Below are positions 30,030 to 40,800 of a stretch of 64,000 nt of DNA, one piece after another (position 1 is the first letter of the stretch; every line of letters starts with the position of its first letter). Source of the DNA: Gemmatimonas sp. (GTDB lineage Bacteria > Gemmatimonadota > Gemmatimonadetes > Gemmatimonadales > Gemmatimonadaceae); contig OZ257156.1 in the NCBI GenBank assembly GCA_965279375.1, positions 4,416,001 to 4,480,000 of the forward strand, in the 5' to 3' direction. The translations under genes and the position numbers were made by a program. The notes under the pieces were generated by a model. It was not told the origin of the DNA. It searched no databases and was given only the letters and a program-made list of their open reading frames with translations.

Positions 30030-32420
30030 TCAGTACATCAGCTTGTAGACGAGGCTGAGATTGCGCCCGGGGTTGTAGGCGAAGCTCTTGATGCGGCTCG
30101 TGGCATCGCGGTACTGCTTGTCGAGCACGTTGTCGGCGCGCAGCGTGATCGAGTGCACCATGCTACGCACGCTCACCAGCCACGTGGCGCTCAGGTTGAG
30201 GAGGGTGTACGCGTCCGTCGCGACATCAAGCTCGTCGCCGCTCACCTTCGTCTGGCTGAAGACCCGGCGCGCATCACCGCCGAACGACAGGCGGCCATTG
30301 TCGTAGCGCAGCGATGCGCCGAGTCGCCCCGCTGGGATGTACGGCAAGTCGCCTGAGCCATCGCGATACTGCGCGCGCGTGAAGTCGCCCATCACGCCGC
30401 CCACGAGTCGATGCACCAACTTGGTCTCCACCTGCCCTTCAATGCCGTACAGCTTTGCATCGGCTTGCGCGTAGTTGACCAGCGGCACCTGCGCATCGCC
30501 CTCCTGCACTTCGCCGACGGCACGAGGCAGGATGTAGCTATCGATCAGATTCAGGTACGTGCTGACCTGCGCGAACGCACGCGCGGACTGCGCGCGCAGT
30601 CCAGCCTCGAGCCCCGTGCTCTGTTCGGCCTTGAGGTTGGGATTGCCCTGATCGAAGGTGCCCACGGCCGCGTGGAAGCCGTTGGCGTACATCTCCTCAA
30701 CCGTGGGCGCGCGAAAGCCACGCGATGCGTTCGCCGTGAACGACACCTCGTGCGACACCGCGATGCTCACTCCGAGTGAGGCCGCGACGTTGTCGAAGCT
30801 CTTGGACTGCGCGGCGCCAAAACGCGCGACCTCGTCTACATCCTTGGGATCGGTGGTGATGGAGAAACGATCGTAGCGCGCGCCAAGCTGCAGACGCGGC
30901 GTGTGCTCTTCCACCGCCCCGGAACCGAGCGGCAATTCCTGATAGACGTAGGCGGCGACGTTGTTATTGCTCGCGCCTGGCGTGAACGCTTCTTCGCCAG
31001 TGGGGGTGTACTGCCGGAAGAGCCCCTGCACGCCGAACGCGCCGGTGCTGCGTCCGAACTTGGTGCGTCCGAGCACGTTCACCGTCTGCGTCTTGAGCGC
31101 GAAGTTCGTGCCGATCTCACCCGACGGTTCGATCTCATCGTGCGAGTACGACTGCGCGGTTCCATCGATGCGCAACGTCGCGATCGGGGCGAAGCCCGTG
31201 CTGATCGTGGACTGCAATGCCCCCATGCGGCGCACGCCATCCAGCGTGATCGCCTCGTCGCCTTCCGGATGTGGGAGGCCGTAGCGGAAATCCATCTGGC
31301 GATAGACCGCTCCGACCGACACGCGAGAACCCACGTAGCCGGCGCCGGCCGTGACGTTGTCCGTCTTGCCGTTGGTGTTGGGCTGCGTGCCACCGCCGCC
31401 AACGCGCATGTCGTCGAAGCTGCGGACGCCACCACGCGCGGTGAACGCGAGCCGCTGTGACAGCGGCACCGTAACGCCCGCTGAGACGACGCCGCCGGGC
31501 GTGACCGACTCGCCCTGCCCCATCACGTAGCCGGAAGAGCGCGACGGGATGTTGGTCGGGATGTCGTTGGAGATGACGTTGACGACACCACCTAACGCGT
31601 TGTTGCCGTACAGCAACGAGGCCGGACCGCGGATCACTTCGATGCGTTCCGCCGCACTGGGATCGACGGCGTTGAGGTGGTCCACCGCGGCCGACGAGAG
31701 GTCGCCGGCGCGCTCGCCGTCCTGCAGCACGAGGACGCGCTCGCCCGTGAGACCACGAATGACCGGCGCGCTGGCCATCGGGCCGTTGAAACGCGTGGCC
31801 ATGCCGGGCTCACCGGCCAATGTCTGGCCGATAGACGTGCTGAGGGCGCGCTGGAGTTCCTTGCCCGAGAGCTGGACCGTCGCCTGCGTGACGTTGAGCG
31901 GATCGGTGCCGGTGGGCGTCGCCGTGACGTTCACACTGGAGAGGCGTACCGTCGCGACGCGCATCGTGATGGTCACGCGCACATCCGGTCCGCTGGCGGC
32001 GACTGTCACCACTTCATGCGCGCTGAAGAAGCCGATACGAATCAGGTCGAGGTGATACGTGCCCGGCGCCAGATCACGCAGTGCAAACTCGCCGCGATCG
32101 TTGGTGGTGGCCACGCGGTTGGCACCGGCGACGACCACCTGCACGCTGCCCAACGGCGTCCCTGCGGTGTCGCGCACGACACCGAGTACCGCCGTCCCCT
32201 CGATGCGCGTGGTCGCGGCGGCCGCACGCGGGAGCGCGTCGGCGCGCGCGGTCCAGGCACCCGACACCCCGAGGACGAGCGCGAGGAACGCGGCGCGGCG
32301 ATATCCCGTGCGCGGTTGCGAAGCGAGGACGCGCGCGCGGGTGGTCAGCGCGGCGACAGGGATCGAGAGATATGCCAACAGTCGCCCGGTTCCATCCGGG
32401 CGCGCTGCGAAGTGCGACAT
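30030..32420 (-). CDS. TonB-dependent receptor with carboxypeptidase-regulatory-like N-domain (ZnuD-like)
   Basis: PVIRGL, RIEVIRGPASLLYG, FRAPTVEEMYANGFH, DNVLDKQY, terminal aromatic residue; start codon uncertain. Confidence 0.92.
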   Translation of the reverse strand: MSHFAARPDGTGRLLAYLSIPVAALTTRARVLASQPRTGYRRAAFLALVLGVSGAWTARADALPRAAAATTRIEGTAVLGVVRDTAGTPLGSVQVVVAGANRVATTNDRGEFALRDLAPGTYHLDLIRIGFFSAHEVVTVAASGPDVRVTITMRVATVRLSSVNVTATPTGTDPLNVTQATVQLSGKELQRALSTSIGQTLAGEPGMATRFNGPMASAPVIRGLTGERVLVLQDGERAGDLSSAAVDHLNAVDPSAAERIEVIRGPASLLYGNNALGGVVNVISNDIPTNIPSRSSGYVMGQGESVTPGGVVSAGVTVPLSQRLAFTARGGVRSFDDMRVGGGGTQPNTNGKTDNVTAGAGYVGSRVSVGAVYRQMDFRYGLPHPEGDEAITLDGVRRMGALQSTISTGFAPIATLRIDGTAQSYSHDEIEPSGEIGTNFALKTQTVNVLGRTKFGRSTGAFGVQGLFRQYTPTGEEAFTPGASNNNVAAYVYQELPLGSGAVEEHTPRLQLGARYDRFSITTDPKDVDEVARFGAAQSKSFDNVAASLGVSIAVSHEVSFTANASRGFRAPTVEEMYANGFHAAVGTFDQGNPNLKAEQSTGLEAGLRAQSARAFAQVSTYLNLIDSYILPRAVGEVQEGDAQVPLVNYAQADAKLYGIEGQVETKLVHRLVGGVMGDFTRAQYRDGSGDLPYIPAGRLGASLRYDNGRLSFGGDARRVFSQTKVSGDELDVATDAYTLLNLSATWLVSVRSMVHSITLRADNVLDKQYRDATSRIKSFAYNPGRNLSLVYKLMY

Positions 32421-32503
32421 GGGAAATGCTCCACACAAGATTCAGGCGTGCGCTTCATGCGCACGCGAAGGCGCGCATCGTCGTCGTGACGATGCGGAGT
32501 GAC

Positions 32504-32851
32504 TCAGCCTTGAATCGCCGGTGGAGCACGTTGCGACGCGCGTCGCGGAACGGCGGCGTCATGCGGAATGACGTGTGAGAGCGGTGCCGCGACCTGCGCC
32601 ACACACGCGGGCACGACGCGCATGGCGTCTGTGGGCTGTGCGCTTGGCGTGGTCGCCACCGCGCACAGCGCGCAGTCGTCCTGATGCACCAGCACGCAGC
32701 CGGCGTCCGTCTCCGATTCGATATGCGCGTACGGCGTCCGCTCGTCCATGCGCCACGCGTCCGCGATCGCCGCCACCTCGGGGGCGATCGCCTGGAACAG
32801 CGCGAGCATGACCAGCAGACGTGTAAGCCGCGGAAACCGCGAGAAGCGCAT
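32504..32851 (-). CDS. DUF2946/CruR-like leader protein with CxxC and RAPP motifs
   Basis: Hydrophobic N-terminus, HQDDCALC, C-terminal QRAPP; 83 nt upstream of the receptor on the same strand. Confidence 0.75.
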   Translation of the reverse strand: MRFSRFPRLTRLLVMLALFQAIAPEVAAIADAWRMDERTPYAHIESETDAGCVLVHQDDCALCAVATTPSAQPTDAMRVVPACVAQVAAPLSHVIPHDAAVPRRASQRAPPAIQG

Positions 32852-32962
32852 ACCGTGCGTTACGGAATAGGAGGATGGAACACCCTGTCACATATTACGC
32901 TGAGAACTCTAACGCGCTGCGGAAGGGCGCGATCGTTGTCTTCTATACTCCCCACCCCGCCT

Positions 32963-33604
32963 ATGGATCGAGGTTCTCCACCGCGTACGGCGCTTCGCGC
33001 CGGGCTGCTTCTGCTCGGATTGGCGCTGGGTGCCAAGCCAGTCCACAGCCAGGCCGTGCCCGCGATCTGGCGCCCGTACGCGGAAGTCGGCGGTCTCATT
33101 GGCGGCACCTGGCTCAGCGGCCCGCGTTCGCCGACTGTGTCGACGGATCCCGGGTTCTCGCTCGGGATCGGAATTTCGCGCGGCATCACGCCCGACGTCT
33201 CCTCCGGCGTGTCGATGCGGGTCGCCTCGCAGGGGCTGTCGCTGTCCGAGGTGGGCACGACGTGGACCGGCGGCACGCTTACGGAAGCGAACGTGGTCGG
33301 TCAGCTCTCCCTTTCCTCGCGCCGACGCACGCGGCGGCGGCTCGCGCTCGATCTCGGCGGCGGGATCGCCGTGCTTTCCGGAGCGCACGACATTCTTCCC
33401 TTCCTCGACGCGTCGAACATCGCGCCGCTCGGCGAGATCGGACTCTCGCTGCACAACGGTAAGGCGGACGCCGACGCGTCGCGACGCGACATGGCGTTCT
33501 TTGTCCGCTACAGCACGCTTCGCCTTGACGCCAACGTCGTGAACGCCACGACCACCACCGGCTGGGTCCATCGCGTGACCGTCGGCCTCCGGGTGACCCG
33601 CTGA
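32963..33604 (+). CDS. Secreted hypothetical protein, likely small outer-membrane beta-barrel
   Basis: Signal peptide; alternating amphipathic strands ending HRVTVGLRVTR; stop overlaps the next start (TGATG). Confidence 0.6.
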   Translation: MDRGSPPRTALRAGLLLLGLALGAKPVHSQAVPAIWRPYAEVGGLIGGTWLSGPRSPTVSTDPGFSLGIGISRGITPDVSSGVSMRVASQGLSLSEVGTTWTGGTLTEANVVGQLSLSSRRRTRRRLALDLGGGIAVLSGAHDILPFLDASNIAPLGEIGLSLHNGKADADASRRDMAFFVRYSTLRLDANVVNATTTTGWVHRVTVGLRVTR

Positions 33605-34275
33605 TGCGTGCCTCTGCTTTGCTCCGCCCACTCGCAGTCGCAGCGCTCATGCTCGCCGCCGCCTGCGATGGCCCCACCACCGCCCGTCCTGTATTTGCGT
33701 ACGACCCGACCACGCTGACGAACGGCAAGGTCGTTCGCTGGACGAGTGGCCGTCGCATCTCCGTCTGGACGCAGGTCAGCAGCACCGAAACGACGGTGGA
33801 CCTGGCGCGTGCCGTGCGCACCGCGATCTCCTCGTGGAACGATCTCACGGATTTCGCCGAGTTCGAGCTGGTCGCCGCTGCCAGCATTGGCGAGGCGGAT
33901 ATCATCGTGTTCGACCGTGCGAGCGCACTGCCAGTCACGCCCGGCAGCTGCGCGTTTGATCCCCGAAATGCTGCGGGTTACACCTATTTCTGCGCGTCCA
34001 CCAGCACGCCGTCCACTGCACAACGGTTCGCACTGACGTCGGGCAGCGGAGGCCGTGCGTCGGTCGTGATTCGCGTGGACCGTACCACCGTCACGTCACA
34101 GGACGCCTACCAGTCCATCGTCTCGCATGAGTTCGGACACGCGCTGGGCATCAGCGGGCACAGCGACCAGGTGCGGGATCTGATGTTCTCCGCGCCGACG
34201 GTCCTTCTTCCCTCCGGACGCGATGCGCAGACCCTTCGATACCTACTTGGACTTCGCCCCGACTTGACGCTCTGA
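33604..34275 (+). CDS. Matrixin/M10-like zinc metallopeptidase, predicted lipoprotein
   Basis: Lipobox LAAAC; HEFGHALGISGHS zinc motif; DLM Met-turn. Confidence 0.88.
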   Translation: MRASALLRPLAVAALMLAAACDGPTTARPVFAYDPTTLTNGKVVRWTSGRRISVWTQVSSTETTVDLARAVRTAISSWNDLTDFAEFELVAAASIGEADIIVFDRASALPVTPGSCAFDPRNAAGYTYFCASTSTPSTAQRFALTSGSGGRASVVIRVDRTTVTSQDAYQSIVSHEFGHALGISGHSDQVRDLMFSAPTVLLPSGRDAQTLRYLLGLRPDLTL

Positions 34276-34487
34276 CCGTGACAATCGTCCGTGATGGGAA
34301 CGCTGGTTGAACCAGCGACCCTTCACGGGCATGTTTCCTTCAACCGGCCGGCATGGCGGTTCCCACCGCAGCATTCCTCCCCGGCGAAGGTGACGTTCGC
34401 GTCGCCTTTGGTGGGTGACTATTTCGATCACCGGACGGCGCGCGTAGCTGTCGCGCCGATTCAATCACATACAAGGGAGTCGCGAGC

Positions 34488-36122
34488 ATGGCGACACAGG
34501 TTACGCCGTCCACCAACGTCCCTCGCGAGAGCGCACTTGGTTTGGCGCCACAGGGACTGCAGCCGACCGGCCGAGTCCACTGGAATTTCGTGGCGCCGGA
34601 ACTGGTCGAGGCGTCGATCCGCCGCGGCGAAGGACAGCTGGCCAACATGGGCCCCTTCGTCGCCGTCACCTCGCCGCACACCGGACGCTCGCCCAACGAC
34701 AAGTTCGTCGTGCGCGATACGAACACCGAAGCGGACGTGGACTGGGGGAAGGTCAACCAGCCCCTCGATGCGGCGCACTACGCCACACTCAAGGCGGACG
34801 TGCAGGCGTATCTGAATGGACTCGATGAGCTCTTCGTGCAGGACCTCTACTGCGGCGCCGACCCGGCGTCGCGCCTGAGCGTTCGCTACATCCTGCCGAA
34901 TGCGTGGCACGCGAACTTCGTGCGAAACATGTTCATCCGCCCGGAGATCGAAGAGTTGGCGGCGTTCGCGCCGAATTTCACGGTCTACCACGCGCCCGAG
35001 TACAAGGCTGATCCGGCCCGCCACGGCACGCGCACGGGCACGTTCATCGTGCTCAACCTGACGGAGCGCGTCATCCTGATCGGCGGCACGCGCTACGCTG
35101 GTGAACTCAAGAAGTCGATGTTCACCGTCATGAACTACCTGCTCCCCAAGCACAACGTGCTCTCGATGCACTGCTCGGCCAACATCGGGCCGAAGGGTGA
35201 CACGGCGCTGTTCTTCGGGTTGTCCGGCACGGGCAAGACGACGCTTTCGGCGGACCCCGAGCGTGGACTCATCGGCGACGACGAGCATGGCTGGTCTTCA
35301 GACGGCACGTTCAACTTCGAAGGCGGCTGCTACGCGAAGGTGATCAACCTCTCCGCGGAGAACGAGCCGGACATCTACCAGACCACGCAGATGTTTGGCA
35401 CGGTGCTCGAGAACGTCGTGCTCAACGAGCCGTCGCGCACGGTGGACTTCGCCAATCAGTCCATCACCGAGAACACGCGCGCGTCGTACCCGCTGCACTA
35501 CATCAAGAACCACGTGCCGAGTGGCCGCGGTGGTCACCCCAAGAACGTCATCTTCCTCACGGCCGATGCGTTCGGTGTGTTGCCGCCGATCGCCAAGCTG
35601 ACGCCCGAACAGGCGATGTTCTACTTCCTCTCGGGATACACGGCCAAGGTGGCTGGCACGGAGACCGGCGTGAACGAGCCGCAGGCGACGTTCTCCGCCT
35701 GCTTTGGCGCGGTGTTCCTCGTGTGGCATCCCACCAAGTACGCGCACATGCTGGGCGATCTGCTCAAGCAGCACAACGCGCAGGTGTGGCTGGTCAACAC
35801 GGGTTGGACGGGTGGCGCGTACGGCGTGGGCAAGCGCATGAAGCTGTCGTACACGCGTGCCATGGTGCGTGCGGCGCTCAACGGCACGCTGGCCAAGACG
35901 GCCACCAAGACGGATCCGATCTTCGGCCTGAGCATCCCCACGGCCGTGCCCGACGTGCCGAGCGAAGTGCTCGAACCGCGCGATTGCTGGGCGGACGGCG
36001 CGGCGTATGACGCGCAGGCGCACAAGCTGGCCGAGATGTTTCGCGAGAACATCAAGAAGTTTGGTGACGCCGTGTCGCCGGCCGTGCTGCTGGCGGGTCC
36101 ACACGCCTGGATTCACGGTTGA
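34488..36122 (+). CDS. pckA: Phosphoenolpyruvate carboxykinase (ATP)
   Basis: TGRSPNDK, YAGELKK, HCSAN, GLSGTGKTTLS, IGDDEHGW, EGGCYAK, ENTR; GGGAG RBS. Confidence 0.98.
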   Translation: MATQVTPSTNVPRESALGLAPQGLQPTGRVHWNFVAPELVEASIRRGEGQLANMGPFVAVTSPHTGRSPNDKFVVRDTNTEADVDWGKVNQPLDAAHYATLKADVQAYLNGLDELFVQDLYCGADPASRLSVRYILPNAWHANFVRNMFIRPEIEELAAFAPNFTVYHAPEYKADPARHGTRTGTFIVLNLTERVILIGGTRYAGELKKSMFTVMNYLLPKHNVLSMHCSANIGPKGDTALFFGLSGTGKTTLSADPERGLIGDDEHGWSSDGTFNFEGGCYAKVINLSAENEPDIYQTTQMFGTVLENVVLNEPSRTVDFANQSITENTRASYPLHYIKNHVPSGRGGHPKNVIFLTADAFGVLPPIAKLTPEQAMFYFLSGYTAKVAGTETGVNEPQATFSACFGAVFLVWHPTKYAHMLGDLLKQHNAQVWLVNTGWTGGAYGVGKRMKLSYTRAMVRAALNGTLAKTATKTDPIFGLSIPTAVPDVPSEVLEPRDCWADGAAYDAQAHKLAEMFRENIKKFGDAVSPAVLLAGPHAWIHG

Positions 36123-36177
36123 TTCGCGACTGATCTCGCGACATCGCATACTCGCTGCGCACCGTGCGCGGCGAGAC

Positions 36178-36215
36178 AAAACGGGGGCACCGCGTTGCGG
36201 TGCCCCCGTTCGTTT
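36178..36215. terminator. Bidirectional intrinsic terminator between convergent genes
   Basis: AACGGGGGCACCGC-GTT-GCGGTGCCCCCGTT perfect 14-bp stem flanked by A and T tracts. Confidence 0.85.
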
Positions 36216-36241
36216 GTGATACGGTGTTTCGAACTCCGCGA

Positions 36242-37816
36242 TCAGTTGCTCGCGGTGCGACGCACCTTCTCGATGAAGATGCTGCGTCCTTCGCGCGCGC
36301 TCAGGTAGACCACGCCGCCGGGGCCAAATCCGACGATCTGGCGATTCTGCGGCAGCTTGATGCGCTCCACCAACTGCCCCTTGCGATTGACCACGTCGTA
36401 GACGAACTGGAACGTCGGCATGGGAGGGAGCGGTGCCGCAGCAGAAGGCGCCGCTCCTGCCGCAGGGGCGCCTGTCGCGCCCGGAGCGCCTGGCGCACCA
36501 CCACGACCGCCACCCGGCGGTCCGCCCGCACCAGGGAAGCCGCCGCGACCACCGAAGCCACCTGCTGCCTGCTGCGCCAGCTGTGCCGCGACAGACGACG
36601 TGGCCGGAAGGATCCAGAGGTTGCCGTCATGGTCGGCCAGCGTGGTGCCGGCACGGATCGGCGGTACGTAGTCGGGGAGCTTGTCCGCGCTCACCGGCTC
36701 AAAGGTCGCACGGAATCCACGACCGCCGCCCTGCGCCGACTGGGCGTTCATGCGATCGGTCGCTTCCTTGGCCACGACCTTGAGCGAGTCCACGAGCTTG
36801 ATCTTCTCTTCGTCGGTGATGCGCTTCCAATCAAACGGGAGCTTCTCGCTCGCGGCGTGCGTGCCATCCGGAGCGAAGTAGTCCACGTGGTAGTCGAGCA
36901 CGCGCACAATGGCGAGCGTGCCGTCGGAGAGCAGCGCCCAATCGTCGCCCTGCGGCAGAGGGTTGATCTTGGCGGTCATGCGCATGCCGCCGTCATCGCC
37001 CTGCGTCATCGTGAAGTCGGACTTGGGCACCTTCATCCACGCGAGCGTGTCCGCCTTGCGCGTGTCGAAGTTGGCGCGGATGAGCGGTACGGAATCCGGC
37101 TGCGCCTGAGGGTTCGGGTTGCGATTGCCGCCCTGCTGCCCGCCCTGCTGACCACCCGTGTTCGGCGCGCCACCACCGAAGCCGCCGCCACCGAAACCGC
37201 CGCCGCCGAAGCCGCCACCGCCCGGCGCGCCACCACGACCACCGCCGCCCGGGGCGCCACCGCCACCGCCGCGCGGCGGGCCACCGGCACCGAAGAACGC
37301 GCCGCCACCGCCGCCGCCGGCGTTGCCGCCGCGATAGATCAGGCGACCCTGCGCATCAAAGGCGTTGGATCCGAGGTTGGCGCTGGCGAGCTGATTGATG
37401 TCGGAGATGCGCGGCGGTGCCATGACGCGCACCACCTGCCCCGCCGGGTTCAACACGACGAACGACAGCGTCGAAGGATCGACGATGATCGTGGAATCGC
37501 CGAGGTACGGCAGCAGTCCCGACGGCCGTTGGCCGTACGGGAGCGGCGCACCGGCCGTGTCCGCGATGACCGTGACCTGCTTGAGCGACGCATCGAAACG
37601 CAGCAGCTGACGGCGCTGCGCATCGTTGACGAAGAAGCCGCCATCGGGCAGCGCGCGCAGCATCGAGACGGCCGTCAAGGACTGCGTGGAACGCGCCTCG
37701 ACCGGGCCGAGCGAGCGAACAGGAATCTGCGGCTCCTGGGCGCCCGCGCCCTGCGCGAGGAGCGCGCAGGATGCGAGGCCGAGCAGCGACGAAGTCGAAG
37801 CCAAACGAACGTTCAT
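36242..37816 (-). CDS. Secreted hypothetical protein, probable beta-propeller with Gly-rich inserts
   Basis: Signal peptide ending AGA-Q; propeller-like repeats (LPDGGFFVND, LSDGTLAIV, DHDGNLWI, GPGGVVYL). Confidence 0.75.
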   Translation of the reverse strand: MNVRLASTSSLLGLASCALLAQGAGAQEPQIPVRSLGPVEARSTQSLTAVSMLRALPDGGFFVNDAQRRQLLRFDASLKQVTVIADTAGAPLPYGQRPSGLLPYLGDSTIIVDPSTLSFVVLNPAGQVVRVMAPPRISDINQLASANLGSNAFDAQGRLIYRGGNAGGGGGGAFFGAGGPPRGGGGGAPGGGGRGGAPGGGGFGGGGFGGGGFGGGAPNTGGQQGGQQGGNRNPNPQAQPDSVPLIRANFDTRKADTLAWMKVPKSDFTMTQGDDGGMRMTAKINPLPQGDDWALLSDGTLAIVRVLDYHVDYFAPDGTHAASEKLPFDWKRITDEEKIKLVDSLKVVAKEATDRMNAQSAQGGGRGFRATFEPVSADKLPDYVPPIRAGTTLADHDGNLWILPATSSVAAQLAQQAAGGFGGRGGFPGAGGPPGGGRGGAPGAPGATGAPAAGAAPSAAAPLPPMPTFQFVYDVVNRKGQLVERIKLPQNRQIVGFGPGGVVYLSAREGRSIFIEKVRRTASN

Positions 37817-37890
37817 GGATGACCTGCTTGAACGGGATCGAAGGAAGTGCATTGAGCTGTGCATGGGCCTGTGCATGTCATCGCGGCGCA

Positions 37891-40800
37891 TCAGCGACCT
37901 CCACGGCCGCCACCACCACCACCGCCACCACCACCACCGCCGCCGCCAAATCCACCGCCACCACCACCGCCGCCGCCAGCCGTACCCGAGCGAATGCCCT
38001 TGAGCGTACGCTTGTCGAGGAAGCCTGCAACCTGCGTCGGCAGAATGCGGTACTGCGCCGGCGTCAGAAGCTTCTTGAGGTCGGGGGCAAAGTTGATGAG
38101 CATGTCCACCGTCTGCTCACGTGCGTCGATGTAGCGGTCGTACGCGAGATCATGGCTGTAGCGTTCCGGCAGATCGGCGAGGAGCTTGGCCACCGGCGCC
38201 CAGATCGAGTCGGACTTGAGCACGTACTTGCGGTTGAGCACGGCGAGGCTGTCGGCCTGACGACGCGTGAGCTTGAGCGTATCCGCCTGCTGCATGATCT
38301 GCTGCATCGGATTGATCAGGCCGATGTTGCCAGCGCCACGCAGCGCCTGAAGCGTCGGCTTGGTACCCGGGCGCGTGCGTCCACGATCCAACTGCTGAAT
38401 CAGCTGCTGACGTTCACGCGTCGGTCCGATGTCGAAGCGCACCAATGCCGTGATGGAGACCGGCGAGCGAATCGCGTTCTGCGCAGGACGCGTGGAGCCG
38501 AAGCGCTGGTTGACTTCGTAGCGGAACTTGTTGGTCGTCGGATCGAAGCCGCGCACGAACAGCAGCTGCTGCGGCGGCGAGATGAACTGGCCCCAGCCCT
38601 TGAGGTTCTGGCCGTTGACGATGCGGTCGAGACCGCCCAACGCGTTCGCGACCTGGAGCGTGAGGTTGGCGCGCTGCGGCAAGCCAATGTTGAGCGAGTT
38701 GAACGAGATGTTCAGGTTGCCGCTCATCGTCCACGGACCCGTGCAGGAATTGCGCGTGGCCAGCTGGCCGAGCTGCGAGCGCAGGCAGTCCTGAGTCTCG
38801 CGCGTGCCCGACGTCAACAGGTTCTGCATGCCGGCGGCGACGAGCGGATCCGTCGTCTTGGCCGGATCGAAGACAAACGCGCGATCGTTGCCGTAGCTGT
38901 CGCCGTTCACGTCGCCGGAGATCAGCGGCGTGTAAGCCGTGCCGGAGCGGATGTTGCCGTTCCAGCTCACGCGCACCGTGTTGAAGAAGTTGTAGCCCAA
39001 GCTGTACTGCAGCTGATGACGTGAGAACGAGCTACGCGACCACTCGAGGCTGCGCGGATCGGACACGGTGCTATTGAAGCCCGTGTACTGCTCGCGAACA
39101 TCGGCGAGCACGTACGAGAGGCTCCACGACAGCTGCGAGTTGAACGCGATCGGGCGCAGGCTGAACGTCAGCTGCTTGCTTTCAGAAGAGATGTCCGATC
39201 GGTTCTGCGTGACACGGCCGAAGGCCGACACCACACGGGAATCACGCCACGCGATCTGACCCGTCGTGGATACGATGGCCGACGGCGCCACGTACACCGG
39301 ACGATTGCCTTCGTCCGCGAGGTTGAAGCGCAACGTGCCCGGGAAGTTCAAGTCGATGTTCGAGCTCTGGTGCTGGTTGCGCGACCAGGTCGCGTCCACC
39401 GTCGCCGAGAAGCGGTTCTTGAGGATCGCGCCGCTCCACTGGAGGTTGGAGCGCAACGAACGCTGCGCCGCATAGTCGGGGCTGAAGAGCGTGACGTTGG
39501 GCGTGCTGTTGGCGAACACCGTGCCGCTGGTGCCGTCTGCGCACGTGCCGGGGATCGACGACTGGTTGACGATGTACTGACTCCAGTTGGCCACCGGCGC
39601 GGCGGTTCCCACGCATGTCAACTGCTGCACGCCACTCGGCAGGCCCGTGTTGTCGATCGCACCGCCGATGAGTTGCGTGCCCGGCGTGTTCTGGAAGACA
39701 CCGACACCGCCACGAATGACGGCGCGCGGCGCGCGCACCATGCCCGGCAACAGCGCGACCTGATCAGCCTGACCATACGTCCACGAGAAACCGAGGCGCG
39801 GGCTCAGGTACGCCCGGCTGGGCACATCCGTGTTGTTCTGCTTGAACGCGGCGTCCACCGCCGAATTGGCGACGGGGCCATTCAAGTACTTGTTCCCATC
39901 GAGACGCAGGCCGTACTGCACCTGCAGGTCGCTCGTCGGGCGCCACGCATCGCCCAGCGACACGGCGCCGACCAGCTGGCTGCCATCGCGCACACGTGGC
40001 GTGAGCTGCCGCGTGTACGACGCCGGCACACCCGACTCGAGCTCGGTGAGCGAGTTGTACGTGAACGTGCCGAACTGGTTGTTCGTCAGATCCTGCGAGT
40101 AGGCATCACGACGCAGCTCCGTCGTGAACTTCACGCGATGGCGATTGTCCTTGGAGAACCAGGACAGCGTGTTGGCGCCGCTGACGGTGCTGTTGGACGA
40201 GTTGGTGAGGAACGGACTGCCACCGAACGAGAGCGAGCTGACGGACTGCGACCCATCGGCGAGCACGGAGTTCACGCGCACCGAACCGGCGGGCAGAAGA
40301 TAGAATGGATCGGAGTTCTGCGAACCGACGTTGTAGCCGACGTTGGTTTCGGTGAAGACCCCACCGATGCCGAGCAGACCGCTATGACGGAGCTGACCAC
40401 CGATGCTGTAGTTGAGCGTCGTGCCGGAACGCGACGGCGTCGCGAGCGACGCGCCACCACCGCCGAAACCACCACCCGTGAAGCCGCCGCCCGTGGGCGA
40501 GTTGCGGTTGACGTTGCCCGTCAACGTCATCGTGAACGTGTTGCCGCGCGACGAGTTGGGCTGCACGAAATCGAAGCTGCCGAGGAACGAGCCGCGATCG
40601 TTCGCGCGCTGCGACGGGAAGCCATCGACGTTGAACGGGACCTTCTGTGTCCCAAGAATGCTGAGCAGTCGTGCCACCGAGTCCGGCGCGATGCCAACCG
40701 TCGTGAATCCGAGGTCGCTCGAGTTGAGCAACGTCTGCAGATCGTTCAGTCGGCGATCGTACTGAAAGGACGTGTTGTAGAACGCCTGGTCAGGCTTGAT

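Noticed and set aside
37890..37980. CCG/CCA repeat tracts (also 37140-37330) as possible VNTR, CRISPR or poly-Pro ORF
   Set aside because: They encode poly-Gly segments on the minus strand; no repeat-spacer structure and no cas genes
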